Shown here one piece after another: positions 39,120 to 55,327 of a stretch of 64,000 bases of DNA. The notes under the pieces were generated by a model. That model searched no databases and had not been told where the DNA came from. It worked only from the letters and a program-made list of their open reading frames with translations. The position numbers and the translations under genes are program-made. The stretch comes from the human T2T-CHM13v2.0 reference genome, Homo sapiens. The stretch lies in assembly GCF_009914755.1 (NCBI RefSeq), contig NC_060929.1. One strand, written 5' to 3'. Each line of letters starts with the position of its first letter. Positions within the stretch are counted from its first letter, which is position 1.

Positions 39120-42100
39120 TCCTAAGGGATCTGCTTTTTCTGACCTGAGGTTTTTCTTTATTAGACTGTATCTGGCTGAGGAGAAGCCTGAAGCCTTTAA
39201 TCGGAACAGCTTTGGCTGATGAGATTAGATTCAGAAACCAACAGATTGGTCTTTTCTATGCAGGGAAGCCTAGGAACTGGGGGGCTATGGCTGGGAAGCC
39301 CCCTATTGTTTCCATCCTTTCCTATGTTCATCCTGGAGGAATGGCATCAGACCCATGCCTCTGTGATTGCTCCCAGCCCATCCAACCACAGCATCTATGT
39401 TCTGCCTGGGACCAGGGCCAGGGAGCATGGCACACTGAGCTGAGTATAAGGAGAGTGGAGCAGGCCACTGCCAGCCCAGAAAATTTTGGTCAAAGTTGCC
39501 TGAAATCTTCTCAGCCTTCGATTCACAGCTGCTCTCTGCTGCTCTGGGGCCATGCAGACCAGTTCAGAAAAGAGTTAATTTGTTGGGGCAGTTGGAGGCA
39601 GGTGGACTGCCAGCTTTGACACCTTCCCAGCCCACAGGCTGCTGCACTGGGGCTGAAGGCGTGGCTAACCCCTGCACACCTAGAGAGTGACAGAGATGCC
39701 AGACTGGGCAGCAGGAAGGCAAGAGGATTAAGAGAGAGCTTCCTGGCTGAAAGCCACACTCGGTTAACCAGGAAAAAGCCCTTGGCACGAGAAGACTCAG
39801 TGGCCTGAGGGACTGAGCCTTGGTTGTTGGGCATGTGCTGCATAAGCCATCCATGTGTGACAGTAGAGTGTAGTCCAGCCACTGTGGGACATGGGTGCTG
39901 AAAGACCACATGGAGAGGAACAGTGAGTGCTGACAAGGGCTAGCCTTGATCACTTTGGAGACACCCCCTGTGTCTTCTAGATGTCAGACTTTCCAAATCT
40001 GTCTGCTATCCTCCAAACGTGCATTTTCAAGAGCAATGGAAAAAGGATTGGACTTGATGGAATGCAGCAAGAGTCCTAGGTCTGTTACTACCTACCTATG
40101 ACCTTAAGAAACTCCTTCACCCCTCAGAACCCTTACAGCTTTCTTTCTGATTCTATCCTGAGTTACTCTACTCCAAGCTGAGACTTTTCTGCTTAGATCT
40201 ATCCCTTCCTCCTAAACCCCCAACCTCCATTTCTCCTGGTGTCTTTCTTTACACACCCCTCAGCATACACACACACCTAGCCACAGGAACCAATGAGTTA
40301 ATATTTGAGGAGTTGGTTTTCTTTTGTCCTCAATGAGATCCTGGTGAGGCCACTTGAGCTGTTCAGCTCCCTTGCGGTATTTTGGGGATGGAACTCAGAA
40401 GCCAACAATATAGAAAAAGAGTCTTTGGCCAGCTTTCCCAGGGGCTCCATGCCATAGAGAGTACTGCACCCGTGTGCACAGGGGGCCCTGACATGAGGAC
40501 TTTGAGGATAACACTATTCCTCCAACTCTGCTTCAGCATCTCCATGGATTTTCACACAGACACTTTAGGAAAGAAACTAAGTTTGGGGGGACTTGACCTA
40601 ATCCCACATCACAGCCCCAGTAATACAGCCCTGGAATTTATCACAGAAAGCCTAGAATCCCATGCATATCCCATGCATATGCATCCCTAGTCCTATGGGT
40701 TCAAGGCTTGGAGCTCTCCCTGGATTTAGCTGGGAAAAGTTGGCAGACAGTTCTTCTCTGTCTTCTAGAAATATGGACTAGAATCGTGAGTGTGAGATTG
40801 CAAGTAACTTTTAAAATCATCTAGTTTAACTTCACCCCATTTCATAGACCAAGAAACTGAGACCAGAGAGAGAAATGGACTTTCAAGTTCACCCTGCTAG
40901 TTACTGATGGATCACAAGTCAAATCTCCTGATTCTAGCACTGTTTCTCTTACACCACACCACCTTTGAAAGTGTGTCAATCAAATCTTACTTTAGTTGCA
41001 GAGGATGACTTTAGTTTCTGAAGATAAAATTGTGAGTCAATCAAGATCAGTCCCAAGACAATAGCCTGTTTAGCCCTTATAAGTTCAGGGATGAAAGGTT
41101 AGAAAGAAACAGGATGGAAGGAGGACTGGAGAAAAAAACAAAAGAGGAAGGAAGGAGGAGGAAGCAAACAGGAAAAAAAAAGAATGTGCATAGCTTGTCA
41201 CTCCTCAGTCATTTCCTGGGAGCCCATTTCTAGCAAAGTGACAGCTGCAACTCCCTGGCCACCTGAGCATCTTAGCTGATCTGTCTCTGAAACACCCCCT
41301 GGAGAACAGATGAATCAGGCTTCATCTTCGCTTAACTAAGTCTTCCCTGAGACGACTCCATTTAAATGAACAAGAGCAGGATTTCCTGGGCACACTGAGA
41401 GCACCTTCCAGAGGCCCCTCCAGAGCCCTAAAGCCTGTATTTCTTCCAGTCGGCCTGTTTCTTTCCTGGTGATGTCATTAAACGCCCTTTGAGAGTCCCA
41501 CAGTGAGCAGTTCTGCGGTAAAACCCGCTGCAATTAAAGTCTGAGTCCTTTCCTGTCTCAAAGGGCATATTCATATAGAAGAAAGGAAAAGGAAGGACTG
41601 GCTGTTTGCATTTGGTTCCAGGCCTGTTGAGTAGAGGTCGTGCTCACTCCACCGAAGGTACAGGGTAGCCTTCAGCAGAACCTGGGGATTTGGTTTTAAG
41701 CAAGTCTTTCTTAGGTGTGGGCTTTCAGAACACTTCCTTCCTTGCAATATTATTTGAAATTCTCAGTGTTTTAGCCGTCCCCAGAATATTGGTTCGTTAA
41801 AGCTGTGTATTTCAGATCTCCAGACAGTGGTCACTGTTTGTATATTTTCAATTTCAAACCAGAAAACAAAAGTTCTTATTGATTACTTTTTTTATTTAAA
41901 AAATAAAAAGTAAGTATCTTCGTAAGAGGAGCTTTGTTTTAATTTTAAAGTTTAAAATTTGATTGTGAAGACAGAGAAAAACTTGATGATTGTAGATATA
42001 TTCCCCTCTTTGGCTATTCAATCAGAGAACTAGAAAATCATGAGAGATTTAATGACCACTGCCTGATACACATATGTGTTTTACAGATGAGGAAACTGAG

Positions 42101-42529
42101 ACCCAGAGAGATGATGAAATTGGCTGAGGATGGCCCAGCTGGTCAGTGACAGACTCAGAGCCAGAGCTGGTGCAGGGCTCTTTCTATTCCTTCCTGTTCC
42201 CTTTCAGGAACACTCACCATCGGCTTTCCTGTGAATAATGTTGAGATAAAATCCTTGGTGCATTATGTTTTCTAGTCACAACATTGACTAGGCTGCCAGA
42301 GTCCTCTGTTCTCCCAGTTGGTTGGCTGTAGGTGTTGGCAGCCGCCAGGAGCATTCTACAGAACAGAGGAGGAGTGAGACTCTCCTTGCTCAGGAAAGGC
42401 AGACCTATGACTTAGCAAATGACTCCTAAGAGGAGAGTGTTTCACCCACCATTCCTCTTCCTTGGCTGTGGAGGCAACTTAGTGGAGAGGGGCCAGATGA
42501 CCTGTGAGGAACAGTGAAGCCCTGCCTAA

Positions 42530-42625
<96 letters not shown>

Positions 42626-43276
42626 TGAATCCTCCGGGCCTTGCCTGTTGGTGTGGGTGGAAGGGAATGGTGGGAGAGAGGAGTACCCACATAAAAGGCA
42701 GCAGAGTGTGAATGGGGGCAGTGGCACAAGGACATGGCATTCTCCCCACGTGCCCACTGGCCCCAGGCTCTATGCGAGGGGCTGAGGAATGGAAGCTGGA
42801 AACAGCGCATTTCCTGAGCTGCTCCTCCTGGCCTCCTTACCACACTGGTGGAGTAGACTCCAACTGTGGCCTGTCCATGCCCTTCCCAGCAGGCACAGGC
42901 TCAGGCTCAGGCTCTTGGCCTCTGCCTCTGGCTGGGAGTGATTCTAAACACATCCAGCAGGGTCAGCCTGATAGCCCATCAGTTTCCGATCAGCTCTGCT
43001 AGAGAGCCGATGGGATGTGGGAGGAGGGGGTCACTGGTGGGCTGGCAACCCCAAGCCATCCCCATCTCCCTCTGTGTCTAAACTTGGCCCTTTGGAGTTC
43101 GGTAGGGAGAAGAGCCATAGGCCAGGTGGGCTCACCCAGAGTCAGCAGAGAGTCCCACAAATGGTTGCACTGGGCGAAAGACAGCATGGCACCTGTGAAT
43201 TTTATTAGAGCTTTTCTTTTAGTGCTACACACAAGTGACTGTACAGGGGAGTTAGTATTTTGTTTTAATTTTGAAA

Positions 43277-43588
43277 TAGAGTCATCTTTTGGTATCTGCG
43301 GGGGATTGATTCTAGGACCCATTCTAGGATGCCATATCCTCAGATGTTCAAGTCCCTGATATAAAGTGGTATAGTATTTGCATGTAATCTATGCATATTC
43401 TTCCATGTACTTTAAATCATCTCAAGATTACTTATAATACCAAATATAATGTAAATCCTATGTAAGTAGTTGTTATACCCTCTTTTAAATTTTTGTATTA
43501 TCTTTTATTGTATTTCAAAAAATATTTTTGGTCCATGTTTAGTTGAATCTGTGGGTGAAGAACCCACAGATACGAAGGGCCAACTGTA
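43277..43588. mobile_element. MER2-like TcMar-Tigger element
   Basis: ggtatctgcgggggattgattctaggacc...aagtccctgatataaagtgg...gaacccacagatacgaagggccaactgta. Confidence 0.8.
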
Positions 43589-43622
43589 TTGGCTATTTTT
43601 TTAGTTAAGAATGTGAGACTGA

Positions 43623-44075
<453 letters not shown>

Positions 44076-44744
44076 TGAGACTGAGACATAACAGGAAGGA
44101 GGGCAATTTGGTTGGTTCCAAGGTTCCTAGAGTATGTGATGGGAGAGGTTGGTGCGGGTGGGGCCATGGAGGTACTGACTCAAGTGGAGGGACAGGTGGG
44201 GAAATGGGATGGGAAAAGAAGATTGACCTTAGAAGGGGAGCTCAACCTCTGAACCCTAATTTCAGACCCTTCAAAATGAATATTAAGCTCATTTTGGTCT
44301 AAGAAACAAAAAACAAATGAACATGAAACTCATTTTGGTCTTATAAGGTCTGAGAAACCCCTTCTAAACTTCAAGCTGCTTTAAGAAATAACATTTTATT
44401 ACCTGCAAATACACACAGTACTTTGGAGATTTATAATAGTCTCTTATTCTAATAGAAGCCATTAGGGAACCAGTTTCAATAAACAGGTAAATCTGTAAGA
44501 CTAGTTTGTAATTAGGATATCTGTTTCCAGTGTCCATTCCTGCCTCTGTTATCTAAATGTCTGGGAACAAGAGCTGTGCTCTGCTGTGTTTAAAATGATT
44601 AAAAATCACCAATTAGTTGAGTTCACGTAGACAGGCATTTGACTTATTGAGTTGTTTTAAGAAGACTATAACAAGCCTTAAGCCCCCCAGAAACAGCCTG
44701 TCTTTGGGCTTTCCCACATGCCTCCTCGTCCTCTCCACCTGTAG

Positions 44745-44999
<255 letters not shown>

Positions 45000-45348
45000 T
45001 GACCTCCGTCTGCCCGGGGGACTCTTATGGGGAACTGCCTTACTTCCCCGAGGGGTGGGCATGATGAATGGGAGTCTGCAGTCATTTCCTACTGTTTCAG
45101 GAAGCTTTCTCCTTAACCCCTTAGAAAAGGCTGTGGAACTTGAGCTAAAATATGTCTTACCAGGTTGCGTCTAATGCCCCCCGTTCCCTACTGGGCAGAA
45201 AGACTTGGGTGCTTCCTGAGGAGGGATCCTTGGCAGAAGAGAGGCCTGGGCTCACGAGGGCTGAGAACATGTTTCCCAGAGTTGCAAGGACCCATCTCTT
45301 AAACACAGAGTCTGCAGCCCCTAACTGACACCCTGTCCTTCCTCCTAG

Positions 45349-45552
<204 letters not shown>

Positions 45553-45771
45553 TAATGAACCCATTTCTGTTCCATGTGTGGGCTGGTTTCTGGGGTTTAA
45601 GCTGTAGACAACCCACCCTCTTTGTGCCTGCTTCTCCTTGGGCCCTCTATTCCACAGCTTGTGGAACCCACATTTTGCTACTGTGTTTGAAAACACTGTT
45701 TTCTCCTCCCGGGGCTTTGGGACTATGCCTCTGTTGTGTTGACTGCTCATCCTTGCTGCTTCTCTGGGCAG

Positions 45772-45918
45772 ATTGTAACTGTGAACTGTGCCCGGCTCCT
45801 GAAAGCCGACCACCATGCAACCAACGGGGTGGTGCACCTCATCGATAAGGTCATCTCCACCATCACCAACAACATCCAGCAGATCATTGAGATCGAGGAC
45901 ACCTTTGAGACCCTTCGG
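45772..45918 (+). CDS. TGFBI: TGFBI exon 6 (147 nt)
   Basis: ctgggcag| [29 protein letters not shown]...FETLR |gtaagg. Confidence 0.97.
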
Positions 45919-46904
45919 GTAAGGGACTGCCCTGGGTGGAGGCCCAGGCTTGGGACACATTGCCTCCCAAGAGGGGCCTAGCAGGAACTCTTCTGCAGGA
46001 GAGGTAGAGGATGGCTCCTGTAGGGGAACATAGAGCAGGTTCCCCTGAATGCCCTTGAACATGGAGAATTCATTGACCAGACATTCAGCTTGACCTAACC
46101 TGTGAAATTCTCCATCTTCTTTATAAAGTGTTCCCTTCCTTGCCTCCCCTGGAAAGGTCAGTGGTGTGTGGCTGCAGCAGCACAGTGTCCTCTGAGCCCT
46201 GGACCTGCACTGTGGCTTCCAGAGGTGGCAGTTCCCACATGGGGTACTAGAATAAATGGCCTATCAGGCTGTGTGTGCTTTGGGATCACATGTCCCCACC
46301 CTAGGACCCTGGTTCCAACCATACGCATGTTCTCTTGGAGCCCAGAACAGCAGAGAAGCCACCAGTGTGGACACAGAAGTCAAGGGTCTGATTTCCAGCC
46401 TGGCTTCTGACTGCTCTGGGGCCGCAGGAATACGGTTCCTTCCCCCATGCCCAGCAGGCATTTGTCTTACAACTGGAGGGGAAGGCATGTTCCTCTTGGC
46501 AAGGACTGCTCAGGAGGAAGTGGAGGCAGGCTGCCCTGTCAGGGTTTTTGCCTTGATTCAAGGAGAACTTCCTAACCACAAAGGATACAAGTGGGAGTGA
46601 GGCGGACCCTCCCTAGAGATCTCCAACACAGAGAGACAAACACGCTGGGGCTGGCTGGCACTGACAGGCCTCGCAGGTGTGGATGGCTGTTAGCTGGGAG
46701 CTTCGCTGTCTAAGCTCCTCTCCCATGCTTTTCTTCTGGGTTGCTCGAAGGACGGGGGTCTGCAAGAAAATGATGTTCCCACATAGTTGGCAGCACGTGA
46801 ACAGCAATTGATCCCTTTGCATCACCTCCTCTTACTGTTTAGATTTGGTAAATATTTCTTCCTTCCCTCTTCTGACCCTCCATTTTGCCGATCTTTCCTT
46901 CTTA

Positions 46905-47200
46905 TAACACATACTTACTAGGTACCTGCTACTTCCCGGGTGGGCCTATGTGCCAGGAGTATAGAGGTGAACAAGGAAGGCAAAGTTCTATTCTCAGTAG
47001 AGCTAATACTCTATCTGGAGAGAGACAACAAACAAATCAACAAGGTAGCCAGGGGCTGTGATAATTTATGTCAAGTGGGCAGGTAAATCGGGAGTGACAG
47101 TAGTGCAGGGAGGATTGGAAAGTCAGGGAGTTCTCTCTGGAGGAGGTGGCTTTTGATCTGCAGCCTAAAGGATGAGAATGGGTCCATTATACAAAATGCT
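46905..47200 (-). mobile_element. L2 fragment
   Basis: acatacttactaggtacc...tatgtgccaggagtatagaggtgaacaag...ctctctggaggaggtggcttttgatctg. Confidence 0.5.
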
Positions 47201-47864
47201 GGGGCAAGAGCACACCCAGTAGAGGGGAGAGTAATAGCAAAGGCTCAGGGCGGGAAGGGCAAGGGAGAGGCCAGTGGGTGAGGTCACATGTGAAGGGCAT
47301 ACAATGGGCAAAGACAAGGCCAGAGTGGCCAGGCCCAATCCTCCAGGACTTGCAGACCTGGGAAAGAGTGCATCTCCATCCTGGGAGCAGCAGGAAACCA
47401 CTCAGGCCTTTAGAAGATCCTTCTGGCAGCTGTGTAGAGAATGGGTGGTGTGATCCTTCCATGCATGGGCTCATGTACGTGATTACCAATAACTGTCGAG
47501 TGACAGTGTGAGGAGGGCTGCAAGCCATGAGTGTAGGCACAGCAGACAGACTCACCTTTGTCTGGCGGTGAGATGGGGTGGGAAGTGTGCCAAGTTGACC
47601 TCCCAAAGAAATGATATTTTAGTGGAAGAATGAATAGAATCAGAGAAGCAAAGTAAGAGGGAAGAGCAGAGAGGACAGCAGGGACAAGGACTTGGGGGCA
47701 GGAAGAGGAAAGGCAGGTTAAGGACATGAAAGATGGCCAGGCTGGCTGGAGCTCAGGCCCAGCAAGGCCCCCTGGGGGCCATGGTCATGGGTGAGCTTGG
47801 GTTTGGCTTCTGTTTTCGTCTTGGGCTTCTGTGAAAGCCTCGAGCCCTTGCGGGGAACCAGTGA

Positions 47865-48125
<261 letters not shown>

Positions 48126-48548
48126 TGAGCCCAAGACCTGCTCTGGTCCAAGATGAACATACCACCTGCCATGAGGTGACCCTCAGGATATCCACTGCAG
48201 CCATGGGCTGGGGTCATCCTGTCCTGTTGCTTCAGCTAACCGTGTCTCTAGCAGCCACACTACTCTGAGGGCTGACTACAGAATCCAGCAGCTTTTGTCT
48301 GGGAGAGCTGGACTGAAGAGAGGCATAGCTGGAGACCCATAGCTGGCCCTGGCCAGAAACAGGGAGAGTGAAAGGCTGGAATAGCCAAGGCCAGAGCAAG
48401 GCTAATAGGTAGAGCAACAGCTTACAGGTGTGGGGGTGGCAGATACTGGCACCCTTGAAATGGATTCCTCATGCCCACGCTTCACTATTCTTCTCTGTGG
48501 CTAGGGGATTTATGGATAAACCAAAATTACAGTTAAAAACCAGCCATA

Positions 48549-48848
48549 GGCCAGGCACAGTGACTCACGCCTTTAATATCAGCACTTTGGGAGGACAAGG
48601 TGGGCGGATCACCTGAGATCTGGAATTTGAGACCAGCCTGGCCAACATGGCGAAACCCCATCTCTACTAAAAATACAAAAATTAGCTGGGCATGGTGGTG
48701 GGCACCTGTAATCCCAGTTACTCAGGGGCTGAGGCAGGAGAACCACTTGAACCCAGGAGGTGGAGGTTGCAGTGAGCCAAGCTTGCACCACTGCACTCCA
48801 GCCTGGGTGACACAGCGACACTCCGTCTCAAGAAAAAAAAAAAAAAAA
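48549..48848 (+). mobile_element. Full-length Alu (S-type), intron 7
   Basis: ggccaggcacagtgactcacgcc...ctccgtctcaag(A)n. Confidence 0.93.
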
Positions 48849-49654
48849 CAGTTATAGTAGTCAACTTTTGACTCTCCATTTCAGATTTCGTCATGCCCTC
48901 CTCAATGAGCTGCTAAGTTAGGCAGTGCATTGATTATTGCTGCAGGAGAGGGAAGGAAGGAGCTAACGTGTTTTCACATGTTTTCCTTTTGGAGATGAGA
49001 AAGGAGGACTCTGCCTTCCCCCTACCCTGCCCCTTTCTACTCCAGGACCTCTGAAAGGCCATGAGCACAAAGCTGCTGCCTGAGTCCCCTGAAATGCAGG
49101 GTACGCCCCAGGTCTCTGATGTACCCCACCACACTTTTCCTCTCAAACATATTCCAGGATCACTTGATTTCTTTTGAATCTATTTAAACCCACCGTGTCA
49201 ATGTGCTATATAAAATGTCTAATGCATTTCAGACACCCTATACATCTATACATTTAAAGTGTTCTCCTTCTATCTGTGCAGGGATGGGAAAGGGCATATT
49301 TCTGAAAGCACAGATGGGAAGACGGGATTTGTTCCGTGTCCAGGTGATTATGGTACCTCTATGCGCCTGGCCGGCACTGGGGACAGAGGCCATGAAAATG
49401 AATACAGCACAGCCTTTGCCTCCAAGAAACTTAAGACCTAGTAGAAATGGCAGGCTTTAAAACAGGTTGTTGGGATCTGATTTGGTGAGTGCAATGACAG
49501 AGATACTCACAGCACAAAATGGGGAATGAGGGCGGGCATTGGGACACACATAGCCTTAAGGGGCCCAAAGGCTTTTAGAACTGTATTCCCTATTAAAACA
49601 TGATTTGCACAGAGCACATTCTTTGCTTTGGAGACCTCAGAACTCCTTACTATA

Positions 49655-49965
<311 letters not shown>

Positions 49966-51019
49966 CTCCTTATTATAAACTGTAAGAAAAAAAAGGCCCC
50001 TACTTCGTCCCTTTTGCAAATCTGCCTTTTCCTACTCACTAACCAGCTGGTTCAGAGCAAGGACACTCTGTTTGGTGCCATCGCTGCAGACTGGAAGGAA
50101 GAGGTCCTTGCCCCACACCCAACAGTCTCCTGCTGTTACCGGCAGGTTGGCAGGCAGGCAGGCGAGAAGCAGCCAGGGCTGGTGGTGTGTCCAGTTTGAA
50201 GACTAGTTTCCAGCCCTGGCCCTGCTCACCCTCCAAGTGGCCCTGGCAGGTTCCTCTACCACATCGTGGACTTCACCTTCCTTCTCTAAGAAGCTCAATC
50301 CCCAAGGCCTCATTCCCATAGGCCTTCTCACCCTTTTTCTTTCCCTCTGGCTGAATGTGGCCAGCACGGGCTTCCAAGGCCATCAACTCGTCTGCAGCAG
50401 CCCCATGCCTTGCAGGGCCTCAGAGCTTCCTCCTGCCTATGACAGTGTGGTTTTGGTTCCCACACTTGGGATCAGATTGAAACTCGCCTCCGTGGTGAGA
50501 ATATGGGACATAGAGCCTCGGTGACCTTGGTGAGCAGCAGTCCAGGCCACCTGCTCAGCCTGGGGTTGGGGGGGGCTCCTCCTCCTTGACTGGTCCTTGC
50601 ATTTGCCTCCATCCAGCCTGTCTGGGCTCTCCGAGGCAATGGAGACCAGCAGGAGTCACGATGGGTCAGGAGCCCCCTTTGGGCCTCAGCCCTGCCCTGC
50701 CCCCTAAAGTAGCACTTGGATAAGCAAATAAATTATTATACTTACTATTTATGGGTGTGGTGAATGGGATGGCAAAGGCCAAGTCTTACTGATCACCAAA
50801 CCTTAAGATATATCCTGGCAGCTAGTAGACCCTTGGGCTAAATGAACAGAAAACTGGACAAATAAAGTGTACACAAATAACTCAAAGCTGTCATTTGTAC
50901 ACTTTTCGTCTTTTCCTACTACAGTTTACATTTTTATAAAGGTGAGTAGATTTCTAAAATCCCGTGGTAGGCTCTCTTGAGTTTTTCTTGTATCCCTGAA
51001 GTTCAGCTACAAATAAGCT

Positions 51020-51210
51020 AATCACTAACATTTGTTGAGCATTTACTCTGTTGTCAGGCCCCGTGCCGAGTGCTTTAGGTTCAGAATTTCATGTCATCCC
51101 CACAGCAGCCCTAGGAGATGAATGCAATTCTTATGTCCACTTGACTGATAAGGAAGTTGAGGTTCAAAGAGGCTAAATGACTCTCCCAGGGTCCCACAGC
51201 TGGAAAGTGG
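51020..51210 (-). mobile_element. MIR
   Basis: taacatttgttgagcatttactctg...gataaggaagttgaggttcaaagaggctaaatgactctcccagggtcccacagc. Confidence 0.65.
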
Positions 51211-51381
51211 CCACAGGGCCCCAGCTGGTTTTCTAGGGCAGCAGGCAGAAGGCGAGGAGGATCTGGGCCCTGTGGTGCCCCAGCCTCATCTGAGGGTCCT
51301 CATCTGAGAGAACAGGATCCTCACAGCATGGGCAGGCTGCAAGTGGTCCCTGAGGTTATCGTGGAGTGGACCCTGACTTGA

Positions 51382-51834
<453 letters not shown>

Positions 51835-52390
51835 TGAAGGGGTCTGGGGACAGACTCAATCACAGAGGCCTTTCAGAAGATCTGCCTGCTGTGCATGGGC
51901 AAAGAGGGCCACTTGCTGACCTCAGAGCATGTGCTTTCTCAGTAGTGCCCAAGCTGTCCCATGGTCACTGACCCAGTTAGAATGACTGAATGGACTTTGG
52001 CTTGTGTCTCATTAGGAATCCTAGCCCCATTCTAGTCTTCCAGTGAGATCTGTCCATGAGTGAAGGAATCTCACAGGAAAAAACAAAATGCTTCTATGGG
52101 TGTGGTTGCTGGCCTTATCTACACCACAGAAGCCATCACACAGACTGTCTTTCTTCCCATTGTTAGAATGTGCCCTGACCAAGCAGCCCACAGGGCCTGG
52201 GACAGAGGCTGATCTCTGCCTAACTGAGCTCACCTCTCCTTCCTCTCCTCCTGACTGGTTAGATTTTCTAGGTGACTGTTCCCCTGATGACACAAGCCCG
52301 CTGGGCCCCAGCAGTGTTTAGAGGGGTTGTTGACTCACGAGATGACATTCCTGCTGATGTGTGTCATGCCCTGGGGTGGATGAATGATAA

Positions 52391-52903
<513 letters not shown>

Positions 52904-53193
52904 TAGTCAAGAGGTCAGAGTGAGGGTACAGCTGAGCTGCAGCCCCAGGAAGGCAGAGAAGGGGGCCAAGTTGTGTGCGTGCCTGCCCTTCCCTCTTAGG
53001 GCAAAACTCCAAACACCCTTGATTATCTGGATCTTCTTTAATTCTCCATAGAAGATACCAGATGTTAAGGAATATTGGCAGCTTCACTTGGTTTCTCAAT
53101 CCCTGTTTCCAAACTCAAGGAGGGATGGGCTTTTTCACTGTATTTATCTCTCATCACTCTCTTCATTGCAGGAGCACATCTCTCTGGACCTAA

Positions 53194-53373
<180 letters not shown>

Positions 53374-54110
53374 TAAATCATGCTCCTGGGAAGCTCCTTA
53401 CTGTGGGACTTGTATTAGTGTAAAAAAAAATGTCCTCAATAAGCAGGAGTTTGCATGAGAACTGGTTGCTGACAAGGAAGGAAATAATTTCTGGAAAATA
53501 TAGATAACAAAATGAGATCCTGCAGAAGGATTGGAATCTCTTTTTCTGGAGGCCTTTGAGAATAAACCACACAATTATCCAACCTGTATTGTGAAGGAAT
53601 AAGTCCTTCTTGAATTCAGGAATTAACACCTGGGAGGAGGGATGGAGTTCAGACTCTTTCTGAGCTTATGAGAAGAGAAGCCCCCTAAACTAAAATACAG
53701 CCCTCCTTGGTCCAAAAGGTGCCTTCTCTCTTCTGCTGTATCTTCTTTGTTTTCAAACCCAACAGTTACCCTGGAAATCAAAAAGGAAGTACAACTCAAC
53801 ATAGCTCTTGCCTGGGACCAACCAGCACCATTTGGCTAAAGATGGTTATCATCTGTTAAACAAAGAAATAAATAAATGGGTTCAACGTATTTATTTCAAC
53901 ATTGTCAATGGACCTCATGTGTAACTGATATTCTCATTATGGGACCTCTGTGTGACTTTATTGGGGCCTCTCTAACCGTTCTTTCCTTAAGGAAGACCAT
54001 TTATTGTTTTATTTCCTGGAGAAAATACATCATTTTATCCCAGCCTTAATAACCCATCCCAGTGTATACTCCTTCATCTTCATGGATAATGACCCTGCTA
54101 CATGCTCTGA

Positions 54111-54314
<204 letters not shown>

Positions 54315-55114
54315 TAATTAGTTCCATCCCCGGGTGGAGCTTCTGCCCAGTGGTCATGCTGGAGTGGGATGTGGGGCCCCAGCTATTTGTCAAGCTTTCT
54401 TCTACCTTGGGGATTCAATTAACACTAGCAGTGCACTGCTGCGACCTTCCAGACTTGGGATGGGGAAAAGGCAAGGGTCGCCTTGAAAGCTTACATTGGG
54501 AAGAAGGGTTACTTCTAAGAGTGTAATCTTCACATGCATGGGAAGCAGGGAGGGGGGACTACATTTTTATGACTGAAGTGCAAGGAAAACATCACCCTCT
54601 CATTGTAAAGCTCCAAGTGAGCCAAGAGCACATAGTTTACAGTGCACGATGAGCCTCTCACTCTCTGCGCAGTATCTGTTTATTGCAACTGAAGCACCCT
54701 TGTGAGTTTGTTTTCTTGCCCGGCTATCTCCATTTCTGACTTGCTCATTCACCTTGGGGTGCTGTCATATTGAATGTTTCCCTGTCACTGACTTCAGCCA
54801 CCTGCACAAGGGCTTGGAGACCACACCCCTCTGCCCTCCCAGAATCATATCCCTGGAGGCTCAGCTAGTCTCTGGGTCAGCCATACCTCTGCCCTTTCTT
54901 TTCCCTCCTTTCTCCTGTGGCCTCTGACGTCTGGCCATTTAACAGAGCTTAGCATTTTTGCTGGGTGGAGAGAGCTGGAGCCTGGAATCACTCCCTCTTT
55001 GTGCATACGGAGGGCATGAAAACCAAGGTGTGTGCATTCCAGTGGCCTGGACTCTACTATCCTCAGTGGTGAGGTATTTAAGGAAAATACCTCTCAGCGT
55101 GGTGAGGTATTTAA

Positions 55115-55327
<213 letters not shown>

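Noticed and set aside
44274-44341. Imperfect ~27-bp repeat ending CTCATTTTGGTCT
   Set aside because: Short, diverged AT-rich local duplication deep in intron 3 with no evident consequence.
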